Shown: positions 45,883 through 55,316 of the stretch, piece by piece
How positions within the stretch are numbered: the stretch's first letter is position 1
Layout: each line of letters begins with the position of its first letter
Assembly: GCA_963760615.1 (NCBI GenBank)
Contig: CAVXDX010000003.1
Span: 96,001 to 160,000 of the forward strand
Direction of reading: 5' to 3'
Length of the DNA: 64,000 nucleotides
Source: an uncultured Candidatus Micrarchaeota archaeon
GTDB taxonomy: Archaea; Micrarchaeota; Micrarchaeia; Burarchaeales; Fermentimicrarchaeaceae
Translations under genes and position numbers: made by a program
The notes under the pieces: model-generated
What the model was told of the DNA's origin: nothing
Seen by the model: only the letters and a program-made list of their open reading frames with translations
The model's database searches: none

Positions 45883-46970
45883 CTTTCAGTCTTCCTGCGG
45901 TTAGTCTTTGTCCTGTCAACCCTGCCCTCTTTCTCCTTGTGGAGTATTTTTTCCATCTCATCCAGAAATGCCTTCAGAGCCTTCTCCAAATTCCAGCCGA
46001 AGGAACTTGCAGTGAATACTATTCCCCTTCCCATCAATCTCCCGTGTACAGAGTATTTTTTCCCATGCTTCTTGAAGTGGAGCGATATATAATCGACATC
46101 AAAGCTCTTCTTGAGCTTGCTGAGCATCTTCCTAACTTCCTCGTTTATATCCTCAACAAGCATCTTATCATTCTCCTCCAGCCCCGAGATATAAATCCCG
46201 ATTTCCTCTGGCTTGACCAGTGATGAGAAGAGGTCTCTTGCGCTGATGATTCCAACCGGTTTTCCGCCGCTCTCAACTATTAGCGTAGCAACATCTCCCT
46301 CTATGAGCTTCTTGGCGCTCTCGCTCAGACTCTCCTCAGGCTTTATGGTGTATACATCCTCTCTCATTATTGAGGAAATCTCAATGTCGTCAATATTACT
46401 CTTGCTGCTTCTCAGCGGCAGCTTATCCTTGGGCTTGTCAAGCAGGTTCGCCAGATCATATGCGGTGAGGACACCGGCAAGCTTTCCCTCCTCAGTAACG
46501 GCAAGTTTTCCGTACTGGTTGCCGTACATCCTTGATTTCGCTTTCCCCAGTAAAGTTGTGCTCTCTACCCTTGGAACCTGCCTGTCCATTACATCTTCAA
46601 CTTTCATCCTCTCAAGAAGTTTCCGCTCCATCAGAATGCGCAGCACATCATTCCTCGCAAGAACCCCCACAAGTTTGTCATCATCCATCACCGGCAGCGC
46701 CCTGTACGGTCCGCTGAAGAAAAGCCTGCATATGTTGATTATGCTTGTTTTCTTCGTTATCGTGGGAGCATGTATGGCGATGTGACCGACCTTGGCGCTG
46801 GGCTTTGCAGCTGAGCTGATAAGCGTCCAGTCGTCAACTATGCCAACGTATTTCTTATCCTTCACAACAACTATGCAAGTCTTATGCCTCGGAAGCTCGC
46901 TTATAGCCCTTGTTATAGACTCTTCGGAGTCAAGCGTAAAAGCATCCTTTATCATTTCAAAAGGCTCCAT
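45870..46970 (-). CDS. Four-CBS-domain protein with C-terminal HPF/RaiA-like domain
   Basis: Two CBS pairs, then IYISGL..helix..ISLHFKK..YSVHGRL...FTASSFGWNLEKAL..LDEMEK (beta-alpha-beta-beta-beta-alpha pattern). Confidence 0.65.
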   Translation of the reverse strand: MEPFEMIKDAFTLDSEESITRAISELPRHKTCIVVVKDKKYVGIVDDWTLISSAAKPSAKVGHIAIHAPTITKKTSIINICRLFFSGPYRALPVMDDDKLVGVLARNDVLRILMERKLLERMKVEDVMDRQVPRVESTTLLGKAKSRMYGNQYGKLAVTEEGKLAGVLTAYDLANLLDKPKDKLPLRSSKSNIDDIEISSIMREDVYTIKPEESLSESAKKLIEGDVATLIVESGGKPVGIISARDLFSSLVKPEEIGIYISGLEENDKMLVEDINEEVRKMLSKLKKSFDVDYISLHFKKHGKKYSVHGRLMGRGIVFTASSFGWNLEKALKAFLDEMEKILHKEKEGRVDRTKTNRRKTERWIG

Positions 46971-47021
46971 GTCTTCACCCCTCCATATTATTTAAAAGGG
47001 CAATAAATTAATACTGTTTGC

Positions 47022-48002
47022 ATGAAAGCATCCGAGCTTGGCGAGAGGAAGCTTATAGCACTCCTGATTAGAGGGCTCTACAGGAACCGGAGGGTGCTTG
47101 TTGGGGCAGGGGAGGACGATGCAGCCCTCATAAGCTTTGGGGATAAAGAGCTTGTTGCGAAATCAGACATAATGTTCAGGTCAACGCACTTTCCAAGGGG
47201 GATGAAGCCCGAGGCTATTGGGAGGAAGGTGGCGGTTGCAAACATAAGCGATTTGGCTGCCATGGGTGCATCTCCGCTTGCCACCCTTTTCTCATTCGGC
47301 CTGCCGCCCAGGTTTGATGTTTCAGAATTCGCCAGAATAATCAAAGGAATAAATGCAGTCTGTATTGAATACGACGCCCCCTACGTTGGAGGTGATACCA
47401 AAAAGGCAAAGGAGCTGAGCATATGCGGCATTGCCCTCGGAGAAATTGGAAGAGGCGAGGCGATAAGAAGATGCAATGCGCGTGCCGGGGATGTTGTCGC
47501 GGTTACCGGTGAAATAGGAGATGCCGCGCTTGGCTTGGAGATACTTCTGAAAGGAATGAAAACCGGTAAATACGGCAAACTTGTCAATGCATTCCTCAAC
47601 CCCTCGGCAAGGGTGAAGGAAGGCAGGGTAATAGCCCAGTGCAAAATAGGAGCTGCCGGTATGGATATAACAGATGGGTTGTTCTTCTCTGCAGGAGAGA
47701 TAGCCCGCATGAGCGGAGTTTGTCTCTCGCTTGACAGGTGGAGCATACCCATTTCGAAGGAAGCTAGGAAGTTTGCAGAAGAGCATAATGTGAAGGAAAA
47801 CTATCTTCTGAACAACGGAGAGGACTACGAACTTATCGTGACCATAAAAAGAGAGAGATTTGAAAAGGTCAGGAGCAAAGTTGAAGATGTTGGTGGCTCG
47901 CTAATGCAAATTGGAAATGTCGTAAGGGGAAAAGGGGTTCTCATTGATGGAAGAAGGGTAAAAACTGCAGGTTATGACTCTCTGAACTATCCCGGAGCAT
48001 AA
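47022..48002 (+). CDS. thiL: Thiamine-monophosphate kinase
   Basis: GEDDAA, ANISDLAAMGA, GGDT, GDVVAVTG, DITDGL, GEDYEL. Confidence 0.95.
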   Translation: MKASELGERKLIALLIRGLYRNRRVLVGAGEDDAALISFGDKELVAKSDIMFRSTHFPRGMKPEAIGRKVAVANISDLAAMGASPLATLFSFGLPPRFDVSEFARIIKGINAVCIEYDAPYVGGDTKKAKELSICGIALGEIGRGEAIRRCNARAGDVVAVTGEIGDAALGLEILLKGMKTGKYGKLVNAFLNPSARVKEGRVIAQCKIGAAGMDITDGLFFSAGEIARMSGVCLSLDRWSIPISKEARKFAEEHNVKENYLLNNGEDYELIVTIKRERFEKVRSKVEDVGGSLMQIGNVVRGKGVLIDGRRVKTAGYDSLNYPGA

Positions 48003-48039
48003 GGGTTTTTAATATATAAAAAGAAAACTTATTCTACAT

Positions 48040-48111
48040 GGGCTCGTAGTCGAATGGTAAGACGTCACCCTGACACGGTGAAAACTCCCGGTTCGATCCC
48101 GGGCGGGCCCA
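48040..48111 (+). tRNA. tRNA-Val(GAC)
   Basis: Cloverleaf GGGCTCG/CGGGCCC-A; anticodon arm TCACC-CTGACAC-GGTGA; T arm CCCGG-TTCGATC-CCGGG; TATA box upstream. Confidence 0.96.
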
Positions 48112-48915
48112 CTAATAACAAAATTTGCACCTTACATTATACTTTCTGCAGAGCTGCTCTGCCCTCTCCTTGAATTTGCCGTAGTAATCGCTTTTTGAGA
48201 AGAATATTTCCTTCCAAGCAGGCAGAAGCTCCGGATACGATTTCTCAAGTATCCTCCGCATGTTCTCCCACACGTCAGGCTTTAGGTTCAGCTTGTCAAA
48301 CCAGAGGTAATCAGCCTTCAGCTCGGAGCCAGTTTTCACAATCTCATCAAGGCCTTTATCAGTCAAGTAGGGAAGAACAGGTCCGACAAAGATGTATATA
48401 TTTATCCCGTTTTCATGCAGAAGCCTGAGGGCTTCCAGCCTATCACTTACAGGTGAGGAAAAAGGCTCAAAGTTTCTCCTCACAGAATCGTCAAGAGTTG
48501 TTATAGTGATTCCAACCTCCTCCTCATTGAATTTTTTCAGCAGGTCAATATCCCTTGTCACAAGGGAAGATTTTGTCTGGATGCACACGGGGAATTGTTT
48601 TTCAAGCAGCATCTCAAGAAGCTTTCTCGTAAGCCCATATTTCTTCTCAAGAGGCTGGTAGGCGTCTGTCAAGGATGATATGAAAACCTGCCCCCTCTTC
48701 TTTGAAGCAATTTCCTTCCTTAAAATTTCAGGAGCGTTGACTTTCACATCAATGAACTCCCCCCAAGGTTCAGTGTGCCTGCTGAACCTCCTTGTTATTG
48801 GGTTTGCGTAGCAGTATGTGCAGCCATGCTGGCACCCAACATAAGGGTTGATGCAGTAGACAGCAAGCTTGCTAGGGTTGAGCAGGGACTTGCATTTTAC
48901 TTCGTTTATTGACAT
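48112..48915 (-). CDS. Radical SAM protein (SplB/Rv2578c-like, DNA repair associated)
   Basis: INPYVGCQHGCTYCYA (CxxxCxxC), SSLTDAYQP, IQTKS, GITIT. Confidence 0.88.
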   Translation of the reverse strand: MSINEVKCKSLLNPSKLAVYCINPYVGCQHGCTYCYANPITRRFSRHTEPWGEFIDVKVNAPEILRKEIASKKRGQVFISSLTDAYQPLEKKYGLTRKLLEMLLEKQFPVCIQTKSSLVTRDIDLLKKFNEEEVGITITTLDDSVRRNFEPFSSPVSDRLEALRLLHENGINIYIFVGPVLPYLTDKGLDEIVKTGSELKADYLWFDKLNLKPDVWENMRRILEKSYPELLPAWKEIFFSKSDYYGKFKERAEQLCRKYNVRCKFCY

Positions 48916-48977
48916 ATGTTCACCGGAAAGTCACCCCTCCGTAAGATTAGTATACCCTCCCCTCCATAATTTTAGCA

Positions 48978-50300
48978 ATGCCAAATAATTTATGGGTTTC
49001 GCAGCTTTTTGACGAGCAGAATTCACCTCAGGAGCTTGAGAAGAAGGGAACCCTCCAATTTGGCACCAGCAGGGAAGTCAAGCTTGATACTCGATGCGCC
49101 ATATGCAAGGGCTCAAAATTCCTGTGCGGCAAGGACAGCTGCCCCATTCTTGTAAAATTCTACGCTCAGAATAGGACAAGGCCTCTTATCGACAAGCTTA
49201 CACTGGAAGGCTCCTCCCCGCCAGACCTGTTCATCGGAAGGATGGGCTATCCCTATGTGAATATAGGTCCGCTCATACCACCAATAACAGGAAATACCGA
49301 AATCATGGGGACTCCTGAGATGTGGCAGGGAAAAACCATAGAGGAAATTGTGGATTTCCGCTTCCAACTTGTGAGGGGAAAATACAGGGTGAATGTGAAA
49401 GATGTTGAGGCGGGGAAGATTGTAGAACTCACAAGGGAGCTTGCCCTCTCAAAAGCGCCCACAGAAGTGGATGCAGAATTCAGGAAAAAGCCTGCTGGAA
49501 GACTCGTGCTTGATGATGAGGTGCAGCCTTTCGGCCCCTCAGCACCATTAAAAGATATTGATATAACATACTCAACAATAGACCACAAGATTGACAAGGC
49601 TTTCAGCGACACAGATCTGAGGGCGTCAGAGGCAGTAATCAGTCTATACGAAAATGACGTGCTAGTCTCAAGGATACAGAAGGCTTTCTCCGCGGGCTTG
49701 TTCGGAATCGAAAAGAACCGGAAGTTCGTCCCAACGAGATGGTCCATCACTGCGGTTGACAGCATACTCTCAAAGAACCTGCTGGAGGATGTGAAAACCT
49801 TCCCGCTGATTAATGAGTTTAGAGTATACGAGCACACTGCTCTTGACAACAGGTGGATTATCCTTATGATTCCCTCCCGCTGGAGCTATGAGCTGATTGA
49901 GGCGTGGTATCCCAAGACAATATGGAACCCGGATGGCAGGGAGATTGCAATATTCTCAGATGCTGAGGGATATGAAGGCAGGACCGAATATCCAGACATA
50001 GGCGGATGCTACTTCTCTGCGAGGCTTGCAATTTCTGAAGAGTTGAGTAAAGAGAGAAGGCAGGCTGCAGCGATAGTAATGAGGGAGGCCCATCCTGGTT
50101 ATATTATGCCTGTGGGAGTGTGGAATGTCCGAGAAGCTGTGAGGAATGCAATGAAGAATCCGCACATGAACTTTGCAAGCCTCAAGGACTCCTTTGCCTA
50201 CATCTTCTCAAAATTCGACATAACCATGGACGTATGGATAAAAACCAGCAAGCTTCTGCGGGATATGATTTTCCAGAAAAGAATTAAGGATTACCTCTGA
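48978..50300 (+). CDS. nreA: Archaeal DNA repair protein Nre
   Basis: CAICKGSKFLCGKDSCP, GSSPP.FIGR.GYP, VPTRWSITAVD, GGCYFSARL, C-terminal PIP box QKRIKDYL. Confidence 0.93.
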   Translation: MPNNLWVSQLFDEQNSPQELEKKGTLQFGTSREVKLDTRCAICKGSKFLCGKDSCPILVKFYAQNRTRPLIDKLTLEGSSPPDLFIGRMGYPYVNIGPLIPPITGNTEIMGTPEMWQGKTIEEIVDFRFQLVRGKYRVNVKDVEAGKIVELTRELALSKAPTEVDAEFRKKPAGRLVLDDEVQPFGPSAPLKDIDITYSTIDHKIDKAFSDTDLRASEAVISLYENDVLVSRIQKAFSAGLFGIEKNRKFVPTRWSITAVDSILSKNLLEDVKTFPLINEFRVYEHTALDNRWIILMIPSRWSYELIEAWYPKTIWNPDGREIAIFSDAEGYEGRTEYPDIGGCYFSARLAISEELSKERRQAAAIVMREAHPGYIMPVGVWNVREAVRNAMKNPHMNFASLKDSFAYIFSKFDITMDVWIKTSKLLRDMIFQKRIKDYL

Positions 50301-50312
50301 CTTCAGAAAATA

Positions 50313-50795
50313 CTAGAGCTTGTAACCCAGCTTCCTCAGGAACTCCTTCCTCTTCTTCACATCTTCAGAAGTTTCAATTCCTTTGCTCTTCAGCCCGTCT
50401 ATCACTCCTAGAATTCCCCTGCCCTGCTCGCTCTCGGCAACCACCACTTCCACATCGTTTGCAGTTGCGCAGTATACAGAGCAGACCTCGGGGATATTCT
50501 TTATCGCATTCAGCACGTTGAGCGGGTAAGCATCTTTCATGACGATTATGAATGAGTGCCCAGCAGCAATGTTGGATGCATTCCTTGATGCAATCTTCTG
50601 CAGCTCCTCGTCATTGCCGCTAACTCTCACAAGGCAAGGCCCAGAGCTCTCGCAGAAAGCAGCACCAAATTTAACAGATGAGCATGAACTCACCATTGTT
50701 TCATAAATATCTTCGATGCTCTTTATGAAGTGCGATTGCCCAAGAATAACATTGCAGTCGGCCGGCTTCTCAACCTTAACCAGTTTCAGCTCCAT
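50313..50795 (-). CDS. Adenosine-specific kinase / DUF355 family
   Basis: NVILGQSHFIKSIED, AFCESSG, IYCATAN-like motif, GRGILGVIDG. Confidence 0.88.
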   Translation of the reverse strand: MELKLVKVEKPADCNVILGQSHFIKSIEDIYETMVSSCSSVKFGAAFCESSGPCLVRVSGNDEELQKIASRNASNIAAGHSFIIVMKDAYPLNVLNAIKNIPEVCSVYCATANDVEVVVAESEQGRGILGVIDGLKSKGIETSEDVKKRKEFLRKLGYKL

Positions 50796-50803
50796 CCTAT
50801 CAC

Positions 50804-51301
50804 CTACTCGAATACTATCATGACATCGGATTCCAGCAGGGATTTGAGAGCCTTCTCAAGGGTGTTTATGTCAACGGGAAGTTGTTTTATCTCTCTTTTT
50901 GAGAACCTCACCTTGTAGAGGTTCCCCTCCTTCCTGTAGATTTTGTTTATCCCCAGTATCTTGGCAGGCGCGACAACATCTGCTATAGTTTTTTTAATGT
51001 CTCCGCTCATCTCAGCTATCCTCACCTTCTTGCCCACAGCCTGGGATATCTCGGCGACAACCTTCCCCTCTCTGCCAATGAGCAGGCCCACATCCTTGTT
51101 TGTGAGCACAAGCACCACCCTGCCTAAATCTATAGCCTTTGTAAAATCGGCGTTCTCCAAGTTGTATTTATCCTTCAGCTTGTAGAGCAGCCTGCTTATT
51201 TTCACATCTAGCTCGGAGATTTTTCCCCTCTTGAGTTTCTCATCGCACCCCGAGCAGAGCACATTGCTTTTCATGCACAGCTCGCATATCTGCACGTTCA
51301 T
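50804..51301 (-). CDS. NusA-like KH protein with N-terminal Zn motif
   Basis: ICELCMKSNVLCSGC; GLLIGREGKVV KH motif. Confidence 0.8.
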   Translation of the reverse strand: MNVQICELCMKSNVLCSGCDEKLKRGKISELDVKISRLLYKLKDKYNLENADFTKAIDLGRVVLVLTNKDVGLLIGREGKVVAEISQAVGKKVRIAEMSGDIKKTIADVVAPAKILGINKIYRKEGNLYKVRFSKREIKQLPVDINTLEKALKSLLESDVMIVFE

Positions 51302-51349
51302 CTAACCACGCTACTACTGAAAAAGAAAAATAATAAAAAACCAAAAAAG

Positions 51350-51643
51350 CTACTTCATCAGGGTTATTTCCATTGAGGATACTTTTGCCATGCTTCCGTC
51401 TTCAGAGGTAAGCTCCTCGGTCTTTATGTCTATACTCTTTATTTTTGCGTCTGGCATGAACCTGTTTCTCACTATCTCCGCAACGTCCACCGCTCTAGAA
51501 ATCACTTTCCCCCTGGCCTTTATTGCAACCTCAGGCGCTCCGTTGTTGAACTGGGTTATCACCGCGAGAACGTAGCTCATCACGCTTTTCTTGCCGATGT
51601 AGACCACATTCTCATCCTTTCGTATTGCTGTTTCCTCTGCCAT
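51350..51643 (-). CDS. albA: DNA/RNA-binding protein Alba
   Basis: [39 protein letters not shown]. Confidence 0.97.
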   Translation of the reverse strand: MAEETAIRKDENVVYIGKKSVMSYVLAVITQFNNGAPEVAIKARGKVISRAVDVAEIVRNRFMPDAKIKSIDIKTEELTSEDGSMAKVSSMEITLMK

Positions 51644-51699
51644 CTTATGCACCTCCATTGTTGTTTATTGAAATGCTTGAGTAGTATTTCTCGAGCCAA

Positions 51700-52521
51700 T
51701 TATAAATGTTTATGCTTCTTCCTGTACTCCTCTATCATTCCCTCCAGATCCACCCCTGATTCTTTTGTAGCCGGTTCTTTTAAATCTACCCTGCCTTTTG
51801 CATTATGCGCTGCTTGCCTCAACCTCATTATCTCTATATCCTTTCTCCTCATCTCCCTGTCACCTGCAAGCCTTTCAAAAACTCCCTTTTCCATAAACCT
51901 AATTTTTGCCTTCAGTGCGGCATTCTCATTCTCCAGTCTCTCCACAGCTTTCTTAAGCTCAATGCTGGAATCAAGTAGCTCCTTTATCTGCCTGTTCTTG
52001 CTTTCCAAATCAATCCTTGTCTCCTCCCTGCTCCTCACCTTGGGCATCTCAATCTCCCTCTCCACATCCACCATGAGCAGGGCGTTGCTCAGAGAGGTGT
52101 TGTTCAGCACAAGGTGCTTTATCTCTCCTGCCTTCCCAGAAAGCCCCTTTTCCTTGAGAATCCTGTCTATCTGTCTGAGCTTGTTCTCGTAGAACCTGAA
52201 AGCCTTCATTGCAGAAGCTGCAGCATCCATCTCATGCTCATTGGAGAACTCCATGCCTTTCACAAGCTCGCTCTTCTCCCTGTCGCCCATATCCTTCTCG
52301 GGAATGAAAATCCTTGTGTTGAAGTATGAAGCCAGCTTGAGAAGCAGGTCAGGTGCTGGGTTGACATCGCATGCGAGAAGGGAGGGCTTACCTTTCTTCC
52401 TTATTATACCCGCCAGCTCCTCCTTGCTCATCTCTCTCTTGCTTCCTATCAATACGGGATTCATCTCCAAATCGAATATTGCATACCCTATGGTGGTGCC
52501 CGGGTCAATGCCGACTATCAA
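51700..52521 (-). CDS. DUF460 family protein (RNase H-like fold plus coiled coil)
   Basis: IVGIDPGTT, ACDVNPAP, NEHEMDAAASA, coiled coil. Confidence 0.85.
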   Translation of the reverse strand: MIVGIDPGTTIGYAIFDLEMNPVLIGSKREMSKEELAGIIRKKGKPSLLACDVNPAPDLLLKLASYFNTRIFIPEKDMGDREKSELVKGMEFSNEHEMDAAASAMKAFRFYENKLRQIDRILKEKGLSGKAGEIKHLVLNNTSLSNALLMVDVEREIEMPKVRSREETRIDLESKNRQIKELLDSSIELKKAVERLENENAALKAKIRFMEKGVFERLAGDREMRRKDIEIMRLRQAAHNAKGRVDLKEPATKESGVDLEGMIEEYRKKHKHL

Positions 52522-52541
52522 CCAGTTCAGCTCATCACCGT

Positions 52542-53786
52542 CTATCTGCCCTCTATGACAAGCTGCTGCTTCAGGAAGACCCTAGTTGCACGCGGTATGT
52601 TCCTGTCCACCTGCACATTGGCGCCAATCCAGCAGCCGTCACCTATAGTCCTGCCAGGCATAACCGAGGCGAGCACCCCCGTCTTCGTATTGTCCCCTAT
52701 GATAACACCGAGCTTGCTTCTTTTTGTGTCTATCTTCTTTTCCATAATCTCCATTTTTATGGTTCCTGCGTCAAACCTCCAGTTCGCTATCTGAGTGCCA
52801 GCCCCGAAATTGCAGTTCTCGCCAACAATGCTGTCCCCTATGTAGCTGAGGTGCTTTGCATTCACTCCGTTCATTATTATGCTGTTCTTTACAGTGGTGG
52901 AATCTCCTATTCCGCAATTCTCCCCTATACTGCTGTTGCTCCTTATGAAGGAATAGGGACCAACCTCGCTGTTTCTGCCTATGAACACAGGCCCCTCAAG
53001 AAAACTGTTGAAAACATGAGCTCCTTTCTCTATGATGACCTTCCCCCTCACCTTGCAGTCCTCCAGCTCGCCTTCCTTCTTTTCAGGCATTCTGTTGAGC
53101 AGGAACTCATTTGCGTCGAAGAGCTGCCAGGGCACCCCCAAATCCTGCCAGAATTCCTTGAGCTCAATCCCTCCAACCTCGCCTTTCTTGGCGAGCGTTC
53201 TTATCAGGTCCGTCACCTCATACTCACCTCTTTTTGACATCTCAAGAGACTTGAGCTTCGGGAACACGCTGCTCTCCATCACATACATGCTGCAGTTCGC
53301 AAGGCCGCTCCTGTGGTTTTTCGGCTTCTCCTCAAATTTTTTAATCCTGCCCCTCGCAATCTCCGCAACACCATAGTTGCTCACATCCTCCACCCTTTTC
53401 AGACCGACTGTCATCTCAGACTCATGGGACGATATAAGCTTCTTTATGGCGCTGCTTTCAGTAATCACATCACCCGCAATTCCAACAAATGTATCGTCAA
53501 CAATGCCTTCTGCAGCCAGAAATGCATCCGCGGTACCCCTCATCTCCTTCTGCACCGCATACCTGATTTTCATTCCCACCTTTTTTCCATCGCCAAACTC
53601 ATCAATTATCCTATCCTTTAGGTAGTTCACAACAATCACAACTTCCCTTATCCCGGCCCCTCTCAAACCTTCCAGCACATGGCTCAGGATGGGTCTGCCG
53701 GCAACCGGTATCATGCACTTCGGCCTTGTGTGCGTCAGAGGCTTCAGCCTCTTGCCCTCGCCAGCGGCTATGACAACTCCCTTCAT
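52542..53786 (-). CDS. glmU: Bifunctional sugar-1-phosphate nucleotidyltransferase/acetyltransferase (archaeal GlmU)
   Basis: AAGEGKRLKPLT..RPK, QKEMRGTADA, hexapeptide repeats, HLSYIGDS, NFGAGT. Confidence 0.9.
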   Translation of the reverse strand: MKGVVIAAGEGKRLKPLTHTRPKCMIPVAGRPILSHVLEGLRGAGIREVVIVVNYLKDRIIDEFGDGKKVGMKIRYAVQKEMRGTADAFLAAEGIVDDTFVGIAGDVITESSAIKKLISSHESEMTVGLKRVEDVSNYGVAEIARGRIKKFEEKPKNHRSGLANCSMYVMESSVFPKLKSLEMSKRGEYEVTDLIRTLAKKGEVGGIELKEFWQDLGVPWQLFDANEFLLNRMPEKKEGELEDCKVRGKVIIEKGAHVFNSFLEGPVFIGRNSEVGPYSFIRSNSSIGENCGIGDSTTVKNSIIMNGVNAKHLSYIGDSIVGENCNFGAGTQIANWRFDAGTIKMEIMEKKIDTKRSKLGVIIGDNTKTGVLASVMPGRTIGDGCWIGANVQVDRNIPRATRVFLKQQLVIEGR

Positions 53787-55120
53787 TGCAACCCCTCCTT
53801 CACAATTCTCTCAGCTTTGCCGAAAACCTTTTCAAGCTCGTTCCTGTTTCTGTGCTCGCAGGTAATCCTTACTATCGGCTCTGTGCCGGATGCCCTGACA
53901 AGCAGCCATCCTCCGCTGAAATCCACTCTCACCCCGTCTCCTTCTTTCACCTCCCCCCTGAATTCTCTTGCGACCATCCCCTTTATCCTCTCCATGGCCG
54001 CCCTCTTGTCAGCGCAGCTGAACTTCGCCCTCCTCATGGGATACTTTTTCACTCCCTTTCTGAGCTTTCCAAGCTTTCCCTCCCTGCATACCAACTCAAC
54101 AAATTTCAGCGTGGTCAGCATTCCATCAGGCGACATCACCTCCTCGGGGAATATATACTCCCCGCAAGGCTCGCCGCCAAAAACAGCTCCATTCGCCCTT
54201 ATTGCCTCAGCCACATTCCTGCTTCCCACATCAGTGATTACCAGTTTCCCGCCCTCTCTCTCAACCGCTTCTCTCAGAGCAAGCGAAGCCTCAACAGTTG
54301 ATACAACGGTGCAGCTGCCTTTCACAATATGGCTTGATATAAGGGAGAGCTGCTCATCGAGTCCCAGCACCTCTCCGTTCTCGTCTATTATAACTGCCCT
54401 ATCGCCATCCCCGTCATAACCCACCCCCATGTCCGCCCCGCTGCTCCTCACAATAGAGCATGCATCCTCTAGGCTCTCGCTGTTCGGCTCAAGGCTTCTT
54501 GAAAAAATCCCGCTCGGTTCTGCATTCACTGAGATGACTCTGCATCCGGCCTCTTTCAGCAGGAAAGGTGCTATGGAGCATGCCGCCCCGTTCCCGCAGT
54601 CGACGACAACCTTTGGCTTTTTCTTTTCAATAGCCTTTACGTCACTGAGCCCCAGTGCAATTTCAATGTGCCTCTCCGTTGCATCCTTCACCTCATATGA
54701 CTCGCACGTCCCGTCGGGTTCAGGTGGGTTGAACTTATTCATTGCCAGGGCATTCTCTATGACCTTCTCCTCCTCCCTGCTTATCTCCTCACCAAATCTG
54801 TTGTAAAGCTTGAAGCCGTTGTACTGAGGCGGGTTGTGTGATGCAGTTATCATAACCCCTCTCTCCGCCCTCTCTCTAGTTGCTATTGCGAGGGTTGGTG
54901 TTGAAACAACCCCCAGCTTGAGAGTGCATCCTCCCAGGGAGTTGATTCCTGCAGCGAGGGCTTCCTCAAGAAACGCTCCAGATGTTCTTGTGTCCATCCC
55001 AACAGCTATTCTTGTCCCTCTCCTTTTCACAATAACCCTTCCCAGAATGAGCCCTAGCTCTGGGGTGATGTCCTCGTTTACAACCCCCCTTATCCCCGAG
55101 GTGCCAAAAGAAACGTTCAT
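53783..55120 (-). CDS. glmM: Phosphoglucosamine mutase
   Basis: FGTSGIRG, DTRTSG, ITASHNP, DGDGDR, GGEPCG, RASGTEP. Confidence 0.93.
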   Translation of the reverse strand: MNVSFGTSGIRGVVNEDITPELGLILGRVIVKRRGTRIAVGMDTRTSGAFLEEALAAGINSLGGCTLKLGVVSTPTLAIATRERAERGVMITASHNPPQYNGFKLYNRFGEEISREEEKVIENALAMNKFNPPEPDGTCESYEVKDATERHIEIALGLSDVKAIEKKKPKVVVDCGNGAACSIAPFLLKEAGCRVISVNAEPSGIFSRSLEPNSESLEDACSIVRSSGADMGVGYDGDGDRAVIIDENGEVLGLDEQLSLISSHIVKGSCTVVSTVEASLALREAVEREGGKLVITDVGSRNVAEAIRANGAVFGGEPCGEYIFPEEVMSPDGMLTTLKFVELVCREGKLGKLRKGVKKYPMRRAKFSCADKRAAMERIKGMVAREFRGEVKEGDGVRVDFSGGWLLVRASGTEPIVRITCEHRNRNELEKVFGKAERIVKEGLQ

Positions 55121-55163
55121 TATACCACAAATATTAAAAATCGCGAAGGTTAAATACATTACC

Positions 55164-55316
55164 ATGGCAGATAGAGTGAGCGCGCCGCAGAGCTCAACTG
55201 GTTTGCTGCGGTTCTACGATGTAAATGCAGGTGGTCCTCAGCTTGACCCGCGGGCAGTGATCATCTTCACAGTCGTGTTCATACTCGTTATAAAGCTGCT
55301 GGGCTACTTCCTGTGA
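55164..55316 (+). CDS. secG: Protein translocase Sec61beta (SecG)
   Basis: MADRVSAPQSSTGLLRFYD...QLDPRAVII plus TM; C-terminal part of the ORF-track entry 54834..55316. Confidence 0.9.
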   Translation: MADRVSAPQSSTGLLRFYDVNAGGPQLDPRAVIIFTVVFILVIKLLGYFL

